Positions 33,184 to 43,852 are shown, counted from the first letter of the stretch. The stretch: 64,000 bases of DNA from an uncultured Clostridium sp. (GCA_947641575.1 CANRQN010000001.1:46380-110379), one strand, 5' to 3'. A program made the numbers and translations. The notes: generated by a model not told the origin, from the letters alone.

Positions 33184-33639
33184 TTACATAAGTAAACCTC
33201 GTTTACATTGATTATATCTTTTTTTTCTACCACAAGCTGCACATTTCTTTTGTGGCTTTAAAATTAAATTCCCATTAAAGTCTATTGAAATTCCTAATTG
33301 CTCTTTTTCTAATATACTTAGAAAAGTTCTGTATTCCATCGGTATAACAATTCTTCCTAATTCATCTACTTTTCTTAATATTCCTTGTGTACGATTTAAT
33401 GCTAGTTTTTCATTCAAATTCCTTAAATCACTATCTTTATTACAAAATATTTCTTCCAGCACATCTAAAGACAGATTAAGTTCTCTTGTTAGCTTAAGTA
33501 TATTTTGTATATTAAGTTTAGAAAAATCATATTCTTTAGTTACTATGCTATTTCCAAGTATATTACTTATTTTATCATTATCTAAATTGTAAAATGCTTT
33601 TATAGTCTCCATTTTTAAATTTACCGTATTCTTATTCAT
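33184..33639 (-). CDS. AbrB/SpoVT (looped-hinge helix) domain regulator with a C-terminal Cys cluster
   Basis: 'LRKVDELGRIVIPMEYRTFLSI' matches the AbrB/MazE swapped-hairpin motif. Confidence 0.5.
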   Translation of the reverse strand: MNKNTVNLKMETIKAFYNLDNDKISNILGNSIVTKEYDFSKLNIQNILKLTRELNLSLDVLEEIFCNKDSDLRNLNEKLALNRTQGILRKVDELGRIVIPMEYRTFLSILEKEQLGISIDFNGNLILKPQKKCAACGRKKRYNQCKRGLLM

Positions 33640-33855
33640 TACTTTTCTCCCTCTTTCTATTAATTTATATTTACTGCATCTTTTATTCGATTCTTCCTCT
33701 TAAGAATTTTAGCTTTTATAACCTATATGACTTTCCCCCTTTCATGAATATTCTCATTATATTTGGGTATATTAATATAGTGTATGATTATATACTATAT
33801 TCGCCAAAAAATATATTATAGTAATCTATATATTATGTCGAGAGGAGAATAAACC

Positions 33856-34128
33856 TTGTTATTATCTGAAGCAATTAGAATAAGAATAAATTACTTTATG
33901 AACAAAAAAGGTTTTTCTTCTTGTTGGGATTTATATAAATCATCAGGTTTACCAAGATCAACCATAAATGCTCTTTTGTCTAGTGAAAGAAATGCACTTC
34001 CTCGTTTATCTACTCTACTTCACATTTGCGAAGGTCTTGATACTAATTTTGTAGAATTTTTTAATGATTCAATCTTCTTAGATGTAGAGGACTTCTCAGA
34101 AGATAATCTTAGGAAGTTAAAGGGCTAA
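33856..34128 (+). CDS. XRE-family HTH protein
   Basis: The HTH is 'LPRSTINALLSSERNALPRLSTLLHICEGL'. Confidence 0.5.
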   Translation: MLLSEAIRIRINYFMNKKGFSSCWDLYKSSGLPRSTINALLSSERNALPRLSTLLHICEGLDTNFVEFFNDSIFLDVEDFSEDNLRKLKG

Positions 34129-34376
34129 TAATATATAAATTATATAATTTATATTATTGTATCATGCTTATTTTAAAAAATTTGTCGAATTTTGTAAAAT
34201 ATTTCCACTTTTTTTCTTTTTTTGTTGTCAAATGTAAAAAAGTTAAAAAGGGCCTTTTTATAAGAGCCTTTTTATATATAAAAAAGTTTCACTTTTTTTA
34301 AATCTTAAGAAAAAATTAAGAATTAGTACTCTATTTTCAAGAATGCTAATTCCTATTTTTGTGTTAAACTTTTCGG

Positions 34377-35106
34377 TTATTCGGTCCAGCCACCATCTAT
34401 TTTTATAACTTCTCCAGTTATATATTCATGATTTGTAAGCATATATACACAATTTGCTACATCTTTTGGTGTCCCAATTCTTTTAAGTGGTATCTCATTT
34501 TTTATTTTTTCTTCTTCAGCTTTTGATAATTCATTATTCATTTCTGTGTCAATATATCCAGGTGCAATCGCATTTACTCTAATATTTGAAGGTCCAACTT
34601 CTTTCGCTAATGCTTTTGTAAAGCCTATTATTCCGTGCTTTTGTACTAGAATATAATACTTCGCAAGAAGCTCCTATTATTCCCCATACAGAAGATATAT
34701 TTATTATTACACCTGATTTATTGTGTATCATATTAAGCAAAACCTCTTGTGTTACATAGAAAATTGATTTTAAATTAACATCAAGCATATTATCTATATC
34801 TTTATCTGTAATATCTGTAAACATTTTTATCTGCGATATTCCAGCATTATTTACAAGTATATCTATTTTTTTATATTTTCCTAATACATAATCTACCATT
34901 TGTTTTATTTCATTTTTCTTTGTAACATCTGCCTTAAATATATCAATTTCTATTCCCTCTGCTTGAAGTTCTTGTCTTAATTCTTTTGCTTTTCCCTCTG
35001 ATTTATTATAATTTGCAACTACAATTATTCCTTCTCTTGCGAACTTTTTTGCTATTTCTTTACCAATACCTCGTGATGCTCCTGTAATTATTGCTACTTT
35101 TAACAT
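34377..35106 (-). CDS. SDR-family oxidoreductase, a paralog of 5283..6011 at about 70% amino-acid identity. It is broken by one single-C insertion near 34655.
   Basis: It is collinear with the first SDR through 'SCEVLYSSTKA'. The frame is lost at minus-strand 'gcaCggaat'. Removing the C restores '...GIIGFTKALAKEVGPSNIRVNAIAPGYIDTEM...GGWTE*'. Confidence 0.7.
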
Positions 35107-35451
35107 AAAAATCTCCTAATTATATAATAATGTTATATTATATCACAAAATACGATAAATTTAACCTCAATACTTCCTTTACTGTATTATAATACAGATA
35201 TCTGTTAAAAAGTTTAATTTTTTACTTTAAATAGTAGACTTTTTGATATTATAAAAAAATATTACCCCATTATTTTTGTCTTTTTTTATCTTTTGCTTGA
35301 TTTCCCTGTGAAATATATAGTATAATACAGAAGTTATATACTTAATACAGTATATTCATAATATTTTAATTACACTGATGTTGGTTATATTCTGACATCT
35401 TTGTAATAGAGATGGAAAGTGCCTATACAAACAGCTTCAGGAGGTATTACT

Positions 35452-35913
35452 ATGAAGAATGTCAAGCGGCTTTTTACCCTTCTCATGGCTTTGACCATGG
35501 TTCTGTCCTGCACTGCGGTGGCTTCGGCCGCTGAACTCCCGGAGAATGACGACGTATCCGTTGTCCAGGAGATTGCCAGTATCGACGATGGCATTATGCC
35601 TTTGTCTATTGAGTATCTCGTCCGAGAGAATGGCATGATCAACAGAGGCGCCACCAAGACCTACACCTCAAATACTGTCCAGCAGACTGAAGACGTCTGG
35701 CTGTTCTTTAATTGCGACAAGCTTTGTCGTATTGAGGTTTATGTTAAGGCTGGTTGGCAGTCTGCCCTTCTGTATTCTACGGATGTGGAAGGTGGCGGCT
35801 CTATTTCCAGGGGAATTACCGCAACGCTCCCCAAAGGGGCAAAGATTCAGGCCAAGATTATTGGCAAAGAAGACAACTGCTCTTACAGTGTAACCCTGCG
35901 TGGAAGCTATTAA
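35452..35913 (+). CDS. Secreted small protein C. It is copy 3 of the GC-rich family, at about 50% GC.
   Basis: An AGGAGG RBS precedes the start. The signal peptide 'MKNVKRLFTLLMALTMVLSCTAVASAAELPE' closely resembles that of copy A. It has a very GC-rich codon usage that is foreign to the host. Confidence 0.65.
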   Translation: MKNVKRLFTLLMALTMVLSCTAVASAAELPENDDVSVVQEIASIDDGIMPLSIEYLVRENGMINRGATKTYTSNTVQQTEDVWLFFNCDKLCRIEVYVKAGWQSALLYSTDVEGGGSISRGITATLPKGAKIQAKIIGKEDNCSYSVTLRGSY

Positions 35914-35972
35914 GCTTCTAAGAACTTCTTATTAGGTAATTAACACTTAACTTCTAGGCACTTCCATCTCCT

Positions 35973-36004
35973 AAAAACGGATGCATTAAATTGCATCCGT
36001 TTTT
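35973..36004 (+). terminator. Rho-independent terminator (aaaaacggatgcatt-aaa-ttgcatccgttttt)
   Basis: A perfect 12-bp stem followed by T5. Confidence 0.7.
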
Positions 36005-36101
36005 AGTTATATATTTGACTTTCATTCATTTCTATTGTCTTCTACCTCTAAGTTATACTTATTTGAGCATTTGTCATGTATAAGTTTTAATTAAGATATT
36101 A

Positions 36102-36971
36102 CTAAAATAATATCTCAATATATAATTCGTCTTTTATATATTTAGCTGTAATCATTCCTTCATTCATTTCTACTAGCTGCTTTGCTATTGAAAGTCCGAG
36201 TCCAGAATACTTTTTTATATTTTCTACAGTATAATATCTCTCAAAAATCCTTTTTACTGTTATTACATCTAATTTGCTCGCTTTATTTGAAAAAGATATT
36301 TTTCCATCTTCTTTTAGGGTAATATTGCAATTACTATCACTATATTTAATAGCATTTGATATTATATTTTCAAAAACTCTAATTATCATATCTTTATCAA
36401 TATTTCTGTATATCTTTTTCTCACATATACTAATATTAGGCTCTACTTTTTTGTCTTTAAATGAATTATATAGGCTCGCTATTGTTTCTTCTAAAATGTC
36501 ATTTACACAACATTTTTCTTTCTTTATTTTTCTTTCTAGGTCTAATCCTATACTTAAATCTCTTAGTTGTTCTGCAAGAACTGTTAATTCCTTTGTTTTA
36601 TTTTTTATTATTTTTACATACTCTTTTTTATTTAAGTCTTCTTCTTCCAATAATTCAATATATCCACTAATAGCTGTAAGTGGTGTCCTTAAATCATGTG
36701 AAATATCAGTTACAAGTCTTTTTAACTCCTGATTTCCATTTTCATATTGTAATTTTTGTTTTCTAAGTTTCTTTAATTCTATATTTAAGCTATTTGCTAA
36801 AGCCTTTATTTCTCTATCATTACTAGATACTGTTATTAAATTATTTGTATCTATTTGTATAATTCTATGTAGTGATTTTTGTATTTCATTTATTGTTTTT
36901 CTAAGTAGTATTAACTTTAATGATAATGCTACTATTATTAAAGTTAGTATTCCATATATATAAATACTCAT
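36102..36971 (-). CDS. Sensor histidine kinase (HisKA plus HATPase_c)
   Basis: H-box 'ISHDLRTPLTAISGYIELL', an N-terminal TM segment, and G-boxes 'GLGLSIAKQLVE'. Confidence 0.8.
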   Translation of the reverse strand: MSIYIYGILTLIIVALSLKLILLRKTINEIQKSLHRIIQIDTNNLITVSSNDREIKALANSLNIELKKLRKQKLQYENGNQELKRLVTDISHDLRTPLTAISGYIELLEEEDLNKKEYVKIIKNKTKELTVLAEQLRDLSIGLDLERKIKKEKCCVNDILEETIASLYNSFKDKKVEPNISICEKKIYRNIDKDMIIRVFENIISNAIKYSDSNCNITLKEDGKISFSNKASKLDVITVKRIFERYYTVENIKKYSGLGLSIAKQLVEMNEGMITAKYIKDELYIEILF

Positions 36972-37003
36972 AATAAATATGCTCCTATTTTAGCTCTTTC
37001 CTA

Positions 37004-37864
37004 TTAAATAACACTATTCCTGATAAAGTAAATATTGTTATAACACCGTATAGAACATAAAAGTAGTATAGTATTATTGTAATCTCTTCTATTTTCTACA
37101 TCTTGGTCTGGTGCTAATTTATTTAAAAGCATTGTAGCTTGTCCTGCTGGCATAATATAAAGGATATTTTTATACTCTTTTGCTTTCTTTTCTCCTGGAA
37201 ATCTAATATTTACACTCATTATTTCTTTTTCTATAATTTCATCACCCCTACTAGTTGTTGCATAATAATATTGTGGTTCATTTACTTTTTCTATTAAGTA
37301 AAAACTTGTTGCTATCATTATAACAACTAAAATTAACCCAATTGCTGTTGATAAATTTATATCAGAACATATTAATGGTATAAATGTAAAAATAGCAGCA
37401 TATTCAATTGTAACCATTATTATATCAAATATAATAATCATAAATTCACTCATACTAATTTTAGTTTCAAACCCTCCGTATAATAGGTATTCCAACTATT
37501 GTGGCAAATATTAAATATACTACTTCTATAATGATACTAACCGTAATATTAATCATCAAATTTGATAAATATATTTTTGTTCTAGATTTGCCGAACTACT
37601 ATCTTATTTCTAATAGCACCGCCCAGAATATTCTGCTCCTGTAAATAGTGTTGCAAATATTACTATTAAAAATGCTATAATATTTATATTTCCTACTAAC
37701 ACTGTTTCTAAATTTTCTATTAAAGTATTATTTCCTTTTTTTGCAACACCAATCATAAGTATTGCGATTAAAAGTGTTACTACTATTATTATAAAAAACA
37801 TTTTAGATTTACTCAATTTAAACATTCCTAGACTTAGTAAATTATACATTGTTTCCACCTCCAA
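37004..37864 (-). CDS. ABC-2-type permease, split into three frames by single-C insertions
   Basis: It has six TM helices. The pieces join after removing the C's in minus-strand 'gggCggtgc', 'gttCggcaa', 'ataCggagg' and 'ataCggtgt'. Confidence 0.55.
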
Positions 37865-38757
37865 TTAAATTTATATAATAATTTTCTAGTGTTTCTTCTT
37901 TTTCATGAAATTCATTGATGGTACAATTTTGTTTTGAAAGTGCAACTACAAACTCTGAAATGTTTATATTACTATATATATTGATTGTATTATCATCGAC
38001 AATTTTATAATCAATTTTAATCTGTTCTAAATGTTTTACGCATTCTTTTAAGTTATTTACTTTTATTTCAATTCTTTTTTTACAATTTTTTTCTAGTTCT
38101 TCAGCACTAATTTCTTTTATTATCCTCCCATTGTCTATGAATCCATAATGTGTCGTAATTTTAGATAACTCATCTAAATAATGACTTGATATTAAAATAG
38201 TTATTCCTTTTTCTTTATTAAGCTTTAATATTAATTCCCTTATTTCTATTATTCCCTCTGGATCTAATCCATTTATTGGCTCATCTAAAATAAGTAAATC
38301 TGGATTTCCTACTAAAGCTATCCCAATTCCTAATCTTTGTTTCATTCCGAAATGAGAAATTTTTTGTCTTTTTTTTATCTGTGTTTTTTAGTCCAACTAA
38401 TTCTAAAATTTCTTCTACTATTTCATAACTTGGATTCCCAATAATTTTTGCTTGTGCTTTTAGATTATCTTTTGCTGTCATATCTAAATAAATTGATGGA
38501 GTTTCAATTATTGCACCTATTCTATTTCTTGCATCACAAATATTCCTATCTAAGTTCTGTACTCCATAAATAGTATAATTGCCACCACTTGGTTTTTGCA
38601 ATCCACAAATTACTCTAATTAAAGTGGTTTTTCCTGCTCCATTTTTTCCTATAAGTCCGTATATTGAACCTTTTTCAATGTGCATATTCACCTTGCTTAT
38701 TGCCTTAAATTTTCCATATCTTTTTTCAAGATTATTAGTTTCTAATACATATTTCAT
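37842..38757 (-). CDS. ABC transporter ATP-binding protein, broken by one single-C insertion near 38347
   Basis: Walker A 'GKNGAGKTT', a signature '...FSFGMKQRLGIGIAL' that appears after the C in 'tttCggaatg' is removed, and Walker B 'LLILDEP'. Confidence 0.75.
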
Positions 38758-38843
38758 AAAATTTGTTCTCCTTTCTCTTTTTATTTTACCAAGAAATAGT
38801 AAAGGAAATGGTTAAGAAAAAGTAAAGTTTTAGTAAAGATTTC

Positions 38844-39503
38844 TTATTCTTTTATTTTGAATCCTATTCCCCATACTGCTTCAATGTATTCTTCAAGTTT
38901 AATTTTTCTTATTTTCTTTCTTATATTGCTTATATGTACTTTCAAAGAACTTTCATCACAATTCTCTGCATCTATACTAATTAAATCTAGCAACCTTGTT
39001 TTAGTAATTACTTTATTTGGAGTTAATAGGAGTTCTCTCATTATTGTATATTCTGTTCTAGTTAATGAAATTTTATGGCTTTGAATTTTCATAGTCTTAT
39101 TATCTTCTAATAATTCTATATCTTTATATTTTAAATTTTTATCTTGGTGATGGCTTATTCTTAATTGTACTTGTATTCTAGCAAGAAGTTCAATTTTCTC
39201 AAAAGGTTTTGTAATATAGTCATTTGCACCCTCTAATAACACTTTTGCTTTCTCTTTTGAAGATGTTTTTGCACTAATAACTATTATAGGTATAGTTTTA
39301 TTTACTTTTTTCACTATATCTTCTCCATTTATCCCTGGAAGCATTAAATCTAAAAGTATTAAATCTATATTATCATTTTCTATTATTGTTAGTGCTTCTG
39401 TTCCAGAATAAGCACTTTGAACAATATAATGTTCTTTTTCAAGAAATTCTTTTATAAATTTGTGTATCGTATTATCGTCTTCTACCACTAATATTTTTTT
39501 CAT
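38844..39503 (-). CDS. OmpR-family response regulator (REC plus winged helix)
   Basis: The REC domain is 'KILVVEDD...DLILLDLMLPGINGEDI' and there is a C-terminal trans_reg_C. It forms an RR-ABC-permease-HK operon. Confidence 0.8.
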   Translation of the reverse strand: MKKILVVEDDNTIHKFIKEFLEKEHYIVQSAYSGTEALTIIENDNIDLILLDLMLPGINGEDIVKKVNKTIPIIVISAKTSSKEKAKVLLEGANDYITKPFEKIELLARIQVQLRISHHQDKNLKYKDIELLEDNKTMKIQSHKISLTRTEYTIMRELLLTPNKVITKTRLLDLISIDAENCDESSLKVHISNIRKKIRKIKLEEYIEAVWGIGFKIKE

Positions 39504-39691
39504 CTATATCTCCTATTTTTCATATTTTTATGATATCTACTTTCTTTTTATCAACTATCACTATAATTATAACATATAGTAGATTATGTCCGCAATCTGA
39601 TTTCAAAGTCTTGTTTTTATTAAGTTTTTAGTGCAATAATAAAGAAAAAAGATAGCCTATTTTTTTCAAACAAAACAGACTATCTATAAGT

Positions 39692-40762
39692 TTAAGCTAC
39701 TTTATTTAATGTATAATGTACATTAAAATCTCTATCAAAGAAATCTCTAAAATTGTCAATGTATTTTATCTCAAAATTATATTTAAGCGGTTCCAAATCT
39801 TCAATTATTTGACTGATTATATGTTCTGTATCATCTTTATCTTCTTCTCTAATTACAAATGTAATATTATTAATATGAGCCCTTTCAATTTGTTTCAAAA
39901 TCATATATGAATTTGTAATATTTTGAAACGCAATAATTGCATTATCTGAATTTTCCCTTATAAAATTTCCTAAAAGTAAGTTATTAGTTATTATAATATT
40001 ATCCGTATTTTTTTGGAAGTTTCCTTTTAGTATCCAATTTCGTGCAGCTGTACCATTTATTTTGTCATTACTTGAAAACCATATTTCTTTTGAACTATTA
40101 AACTCTTTATCTAATTTTATCGACAGACCTTGTATCAGTCCATTCTCATCAAACACAGGTATTAAAATTCCACTTATTCCTGTAAAACACCAATTAAAAT
40201 CTTCTTCTTGATATACTCCAGGAATACCACATAAATTATACTTTTTAGATAAGTTATAAGCTACCAGACGTCTTTTTATGTAATTTTTAGGCAAACTTCT
40301 ATAAAGTCCATTTTTTATAGAACTTTTTAACAAACCTAGTTTTTCAAGATATCCTCTATGTGAGCTTTCTAATTTTAACATATTTAGAAATTCTCTATAA
40401 ACTGCATCTCTAACTTCAATATCTGCAATCATATTAATTGGACTAATTTCTATTCGTGATTTATTCTCGCCAAAACATTCCTTTTCTAATAGTTCTCTAT
40501 ATGCTTGTTTTTGATTAATTCCTCTAACATTTGCGTATAATCCTATTGAATACCCTTTTTTCTTACATCTCATGCAATGGTATCTATTTGTATTAGGATT
40601 AAGAATTAAAGTAGGTGTTTTGCTATTTTTATTATACCCACAGAACGGACATATAGCTTTAACTTCAACTCCTCTATCCTCGTATAATTCTAAGCATAAA
40701 TGATATGCTACATTTAGTATATTTATATGTTCTTTTACCTCTTGGTAATCTGCTTTGTTCAT
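39692..40762 (-). CDS. DNA primase (CHC2 zinc finger plus TOPRIM), plasmid/phage type
   Basis: The zinc finger is 'CPFCGYNKNSKTPTLILNPNTNRYHCMRCKKKG'. It is followed by a TOPRIM-like region. Confidence 0.6.
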   Translation of the reverse strand: MNKADYQEVKEHINILNVAYHLCLELYEDRGVEVKAICPFCGYNKNSKTPTLILNPNTNRYHCMRCKKKGYSIGLYANVRGINQKQAYRELLEKECFGENKSRIEISPINMIADIEVRDAVYREFLNMLKLESSHRGYLEKLGLLKSSIKNGLYRSLPKNYIKRRLVAYNLSKKYNLCGIPGVYQEEDFNWCFTGISGILIPVFDENGLIQGLSIKLDKEFNSSKEIWFSSNDKINGTAARNWILKGNFQKNTDNIIITNNLLLGNFIRENSDNAIIAFQNITNSYMILKQIERAHINNITFVIREEDKDDTEHIISQIIEDLEPLKYNFEIKYIDNFRDFFDRDFNVHYTLNKVA

Positions 40763-40786
40763 ATATTACATATTTCTCCCTTCATA

Positions 40787-40993
40787 CTATAAGTTATTTC
40801 CCTGTACTATTTTAATTTTTCCATAGCGTAGTCCAAAAGATAATTCTTTTAAAAGTTCTATATCCTTTATTAGCCTTTGATCTACTTGAAATTTTTTTGT
40901 TATCACTTTACTTCTTTGTTTTATATCTAATAGTGAAAAATCACATTCAAAAGATTGAATCATATTTGAGTATTTCTCTGTTACATCTTCCAT
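40787..40993 (-). CDS. Hypothetical small protein
   Basis: A 68-aa ORF within an operon-like array. Confidence 0.3.
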   Translation of the reverse strand: MEDVTEKYSNMIQSFECDFSLLDIKQRSKVITKKFQVDQRLIKDIELLKELSFGLRYGKIKIVQGNNL

Positions 40994-41012
40994 AATATTA
41001 ATTGCTCCCTTT

Positions 41013-41264
41013 CTAAAATATTAAAAATCTTAATTCTTCTCTGCTAAATTTGTACTTATGTATTTTTGAAAAATAGTGTTTATCTCTATTTATAACATTA
41101 TCAATATAGTCATTTATTTCGTTTAATAATTCCTTATTTCCTGTTTCTATATACTGTTTTTTCATCTTAATAAGCTTCATTAAGTTATTTTTTGTAACTC
41201 TCTTCAAAGTTCTCCCTCCTCTTTTAATTTTTGTAATTCCAATTCTCCTATCAATATCGAGCAA
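41013..41264 (-). CDS. Hypothetical small protein
   Basis: An 83-aa ORF. Confidence 0.3.
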   Translation of the reverse strand: MLDIDRRIGITKIKRGGRTLKRVTKNNLMKLIKMKKQYIETGNKELLNEINDYIDNVINRDKHYFSKIHKYKFSREELRFLIF

Positions 41265-41375
41265 CGTGCCTTAATATATTTAGCTTCTTCATCATTCAAT
41301 TCTCTAGTCATTTTAATTAGTGCCATAATAAGCTCAATCCATGCTTTACACTTTTCTTTACTTATCTTCATTTTT

Positions 41376-41900
41376 CTAATCTACCTCATTTTCTTGACTT
41401 TTCCATTTTTGATAGCATATATCAGCATTTTTATCACATTCTTCAATCCAATTTTTAGGTACATTAGTCAAGTCATACGAATTAACTAACATTTCATACC
41501 AATATATTTCTAATTTTTCATTATCTAAATTGATAATATACTGAAATTCATGTTTATCTAATTCAGATTCCTCATTTATCATATATCTTAAGTTTTCATC
41601 TCTATAATACTCTAAATGTCCGATTGTTTTTGCTAGTAAACATACAAAATCTTTTAATGTCCTGGTCGCAATCTCTAAATTTGCATACTTTTTACATTCT
41701 TGTATTTGTTTTTCTGTTGGAATATCAAGTACATCTACTAATACTATTTTCTCAAAAATAGTATTCATTTCTGTAATAGATGTTGTATTTACAAAATTAA
41801 TTATTAATGTACCTATATCGTTATATCCTCCATCAAAATTACTATAAGTTATCTTATATTTGTTATCTTTTTTAAATCCATATACTGCATGTGTTCCCAT
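41376..41900 (-). CDS. Hypothetical protein (174 aa)
   Basis: A clean ORF. Confidence 0.35.
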   Translation of the reverse strand: MGTHAVYGFKKDNKYKITYSNFDGGYNDIGTLIINFVNTTSITEMNTIFEKIVLVDVLDIPTEKQIQECKKYANLEIATRTLKDFVCLLAKTIGHLEYYRDENLRYMINEESELDKHEFQYIINLDNEKLEIYWYEMLVNSYDLTNVPKNWIEECDKNADICYQKWKSQENEVD

Positions 41901-41904
41901 AATA

Positions 41905-42168
41905 CTATCTCTCCTTTTTTATTTCTTGTTCTAATAATTTATTTTCTACTTGAAGTCTTACATTAGGATAGTTATTTACAATTTCTCTATATACTTTTAA
42001 TTCTTTTTCTATTTGTTCCATTTTCATTACCTCAATTTTTAGTTCCGTATCCTCTATTTGCTTTTGTACTCTTCTAGCATTTTTCTTGTCATCATTCTCT
42101 AAATATCCCCATCTTCTTTTTTTCAATACTTCTATTCGTTCATATAATTCTGCTCTTTTTTCTTCCAT
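41905..42168 (-). CDS. Hypothetical coiled-coil protein (87 aa)
   Basis: A charged heptad-like sequence. Confidence 0.3.
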   Translation of the reverse strand: MEEKRAELYERIEVLKKRRWGYLENDDKKNARRVQKQIEDTELKIEVMKMEQIEKELKVYREIVNNYPNVRLQVENKLLEQEIKKER

Positions 42169-42183
42169 ATTTTCTCCTTTCTA

Positions 42184-43060
42184 TTAAATGCACAATATCC
42201 ATTTGTCCTCTTTTTTCTGAAAATTAGGATTATTATTCAATGTTTGTCTAATTTTTTCTCTTACATAATTATTGCCTTTTGCCTTTTTTGACTTAATCAA
42301 AATATTATAAATTTCATCAATAGTGGCCTTATTCTTAAGGTATTCTAGTGTTGCCTGAATCAAATCTCTCCAGGTTATATTAGTCGCATTTATGATATTT
42401 GCTTTAATATCTGTTGTAGTCTTTATATTATAAACCCATATTTTATTTTTTCTAAAAACAAGTAAATGCTCGTGTTTTATTGGAATGAAGTTATTATTGC
42501 TATACACTTTATTATCTGAAATACAATTATATTGTATCTTTATGATGTGACTTTCTAAATCACCGATACCAATTCATATCTTTTATGATACTGTAATATT
42601 TACCTTTTTTTCTGACATCTCCAACTAAAGTCGCATGCCTTCCACCATTAACTAAAGAATGATATATTTTTTCGTTTACTAAATTAAGCTTTTTTATAAA
42701 TTCCTCATAAGGCATTTCATTTGATAAATCGTTTACCGAATAGTTTTTCCTTTGTTTAGCATAGGAAATAATGTCCCAATAAGGCGGATGTGAAAAAATA
42801 AAATCTGCCCCACAAGGTATTTCACTTGTTAGGGCATCCCATCCATTATTTAGATCCAAATGTATGCTATTAGTTATATTAAGTTCTTTTGCAACATCTT
42901 TTCCAGTATTTCCACCACTAAAAATCTCTACGAATTTTTTTGGCTTCGAATTAGGATAAAATTGAGTTAGCAAATCTTTTATAATATATCCTGAACAATT
43001 TCCCCTATACTGATTATCTCCATAATTTCCACGCTCTTTATAACTAACTACACTTTTCAT
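42184..43060 (-). CDS. Small SAM-dependent amino-methyltransferase (S/D-PPY motif, orphan), joined across one single-C insertion near 42583
   Basis: Motif I-like 'EIFSGGNTG' and motif IV 'SHPPYWD' are present. ORF 42560..43060 fuses to 42184..42507 (...NWYGDLESHIIKI...HEHLLVFRK...) after the C in 'tatCggtga' is removed. No adjacent endonuclease gene is evident. Confidence 0.5.
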
Positions 43061-43430
43061 ATTTATTCATTTCTCCTTCTTCTAAACATGGTTTTAATAG
43101 TAGTTCTAATGCTTCTACCATTTCATTTTGATTTTTAAAATACTTATGCACAAAACTATTGTTATATTTTTCGGTTTTTACATCTAAATTTAATGCTGCT
43201 GTACTAATTTTAAAATCTCCGAATTCCTGCATAATCCATATTCTCTTATTTAATATTGTACTTTCGCAAATAATCCACAATGGAGTAGCTCTAGTTACAA
43301 TATCTTGTTCTAGTTTTTTCCAATTTGAAAAATCTTTTATAGTATCTAAATCTGCTGCATATATAAGTTTATAGATTTTTCTATATTTTTTCTCATATAT
43401 AGGTGAGTGCAAACTTTCTATTCTCCTCAT
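43044..43430 (-). CDS. Hypothetical protein (128 aa)
   Basis: A clean ORF. Confidence 0.3.
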   Translation of the reverse strand: MRRIESLHSPIYEKKYRKIYKLIYAADLDTIKDFSNWKKLEQDIVTRATPLWIICESTILNKRIWIMQEFGDFKISTAALNLDVKTEKYNNSFVHKYFKNQNEMVEALELLLKPCLEEGEMNKYEKCS

Positions 43431-43852
43431 GCTATCTTCCTTTCCTCCTTTAGCATCCTTTGTTTTAATTGTCCTGGTCCCATAAAAGGTATATCCTTAA
43501 ATAACATTTCTTGTACTTTCTCAAATTTATTCAATACACTATTTTGTATTTTCTCAAACTCTCCATATATATCCATTGTAAATCCATGTTCTAACATTTC
43601 TATTTGAGATAATACCCAGCCTGCTCCATAAAGAAATGTAAATATTTTGTGATTATTACTTATAAAGCATAAGGAATTATCCGAATTATCATAATATGAA
43701 ATTTCCTTATTTCCTGGTCTAAAATGACAATTTTCTTCCTTTCCTAAATATATTTTTTTATCATAGCTCATAATAGCTTTCATTCCTTTATAATTGCTCC
43801 TTACTGCTGAAACAATTTCTAAACATTTAATATTATTCATAATTTTAATCAT
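43427..43852 (-). CDS. Hypothetical protein (141 aa)
   Basis: A clean ORF with a 4-nt start/stop overlap with its neighbour. Confidence 0.3.
   Translation of the reverse strand: MIKIMNNIKCLEIVSAVRSNYKGMKAIMSYDKKIYLGKEENCHFRPGNKEISYYDNSDNSLCFISNNHKIFTFLYGAGWVLSQIEMLEHGFTMDIYGEFEKIQNSVLNKFEKVQEMLFKDIPFMGPGQLKQRMLKEERKIA

Noticed and set aside
36274-36732. Plus-strand ORFs inside the histidine kinase gene
   Set aside because: Antisense shadows.
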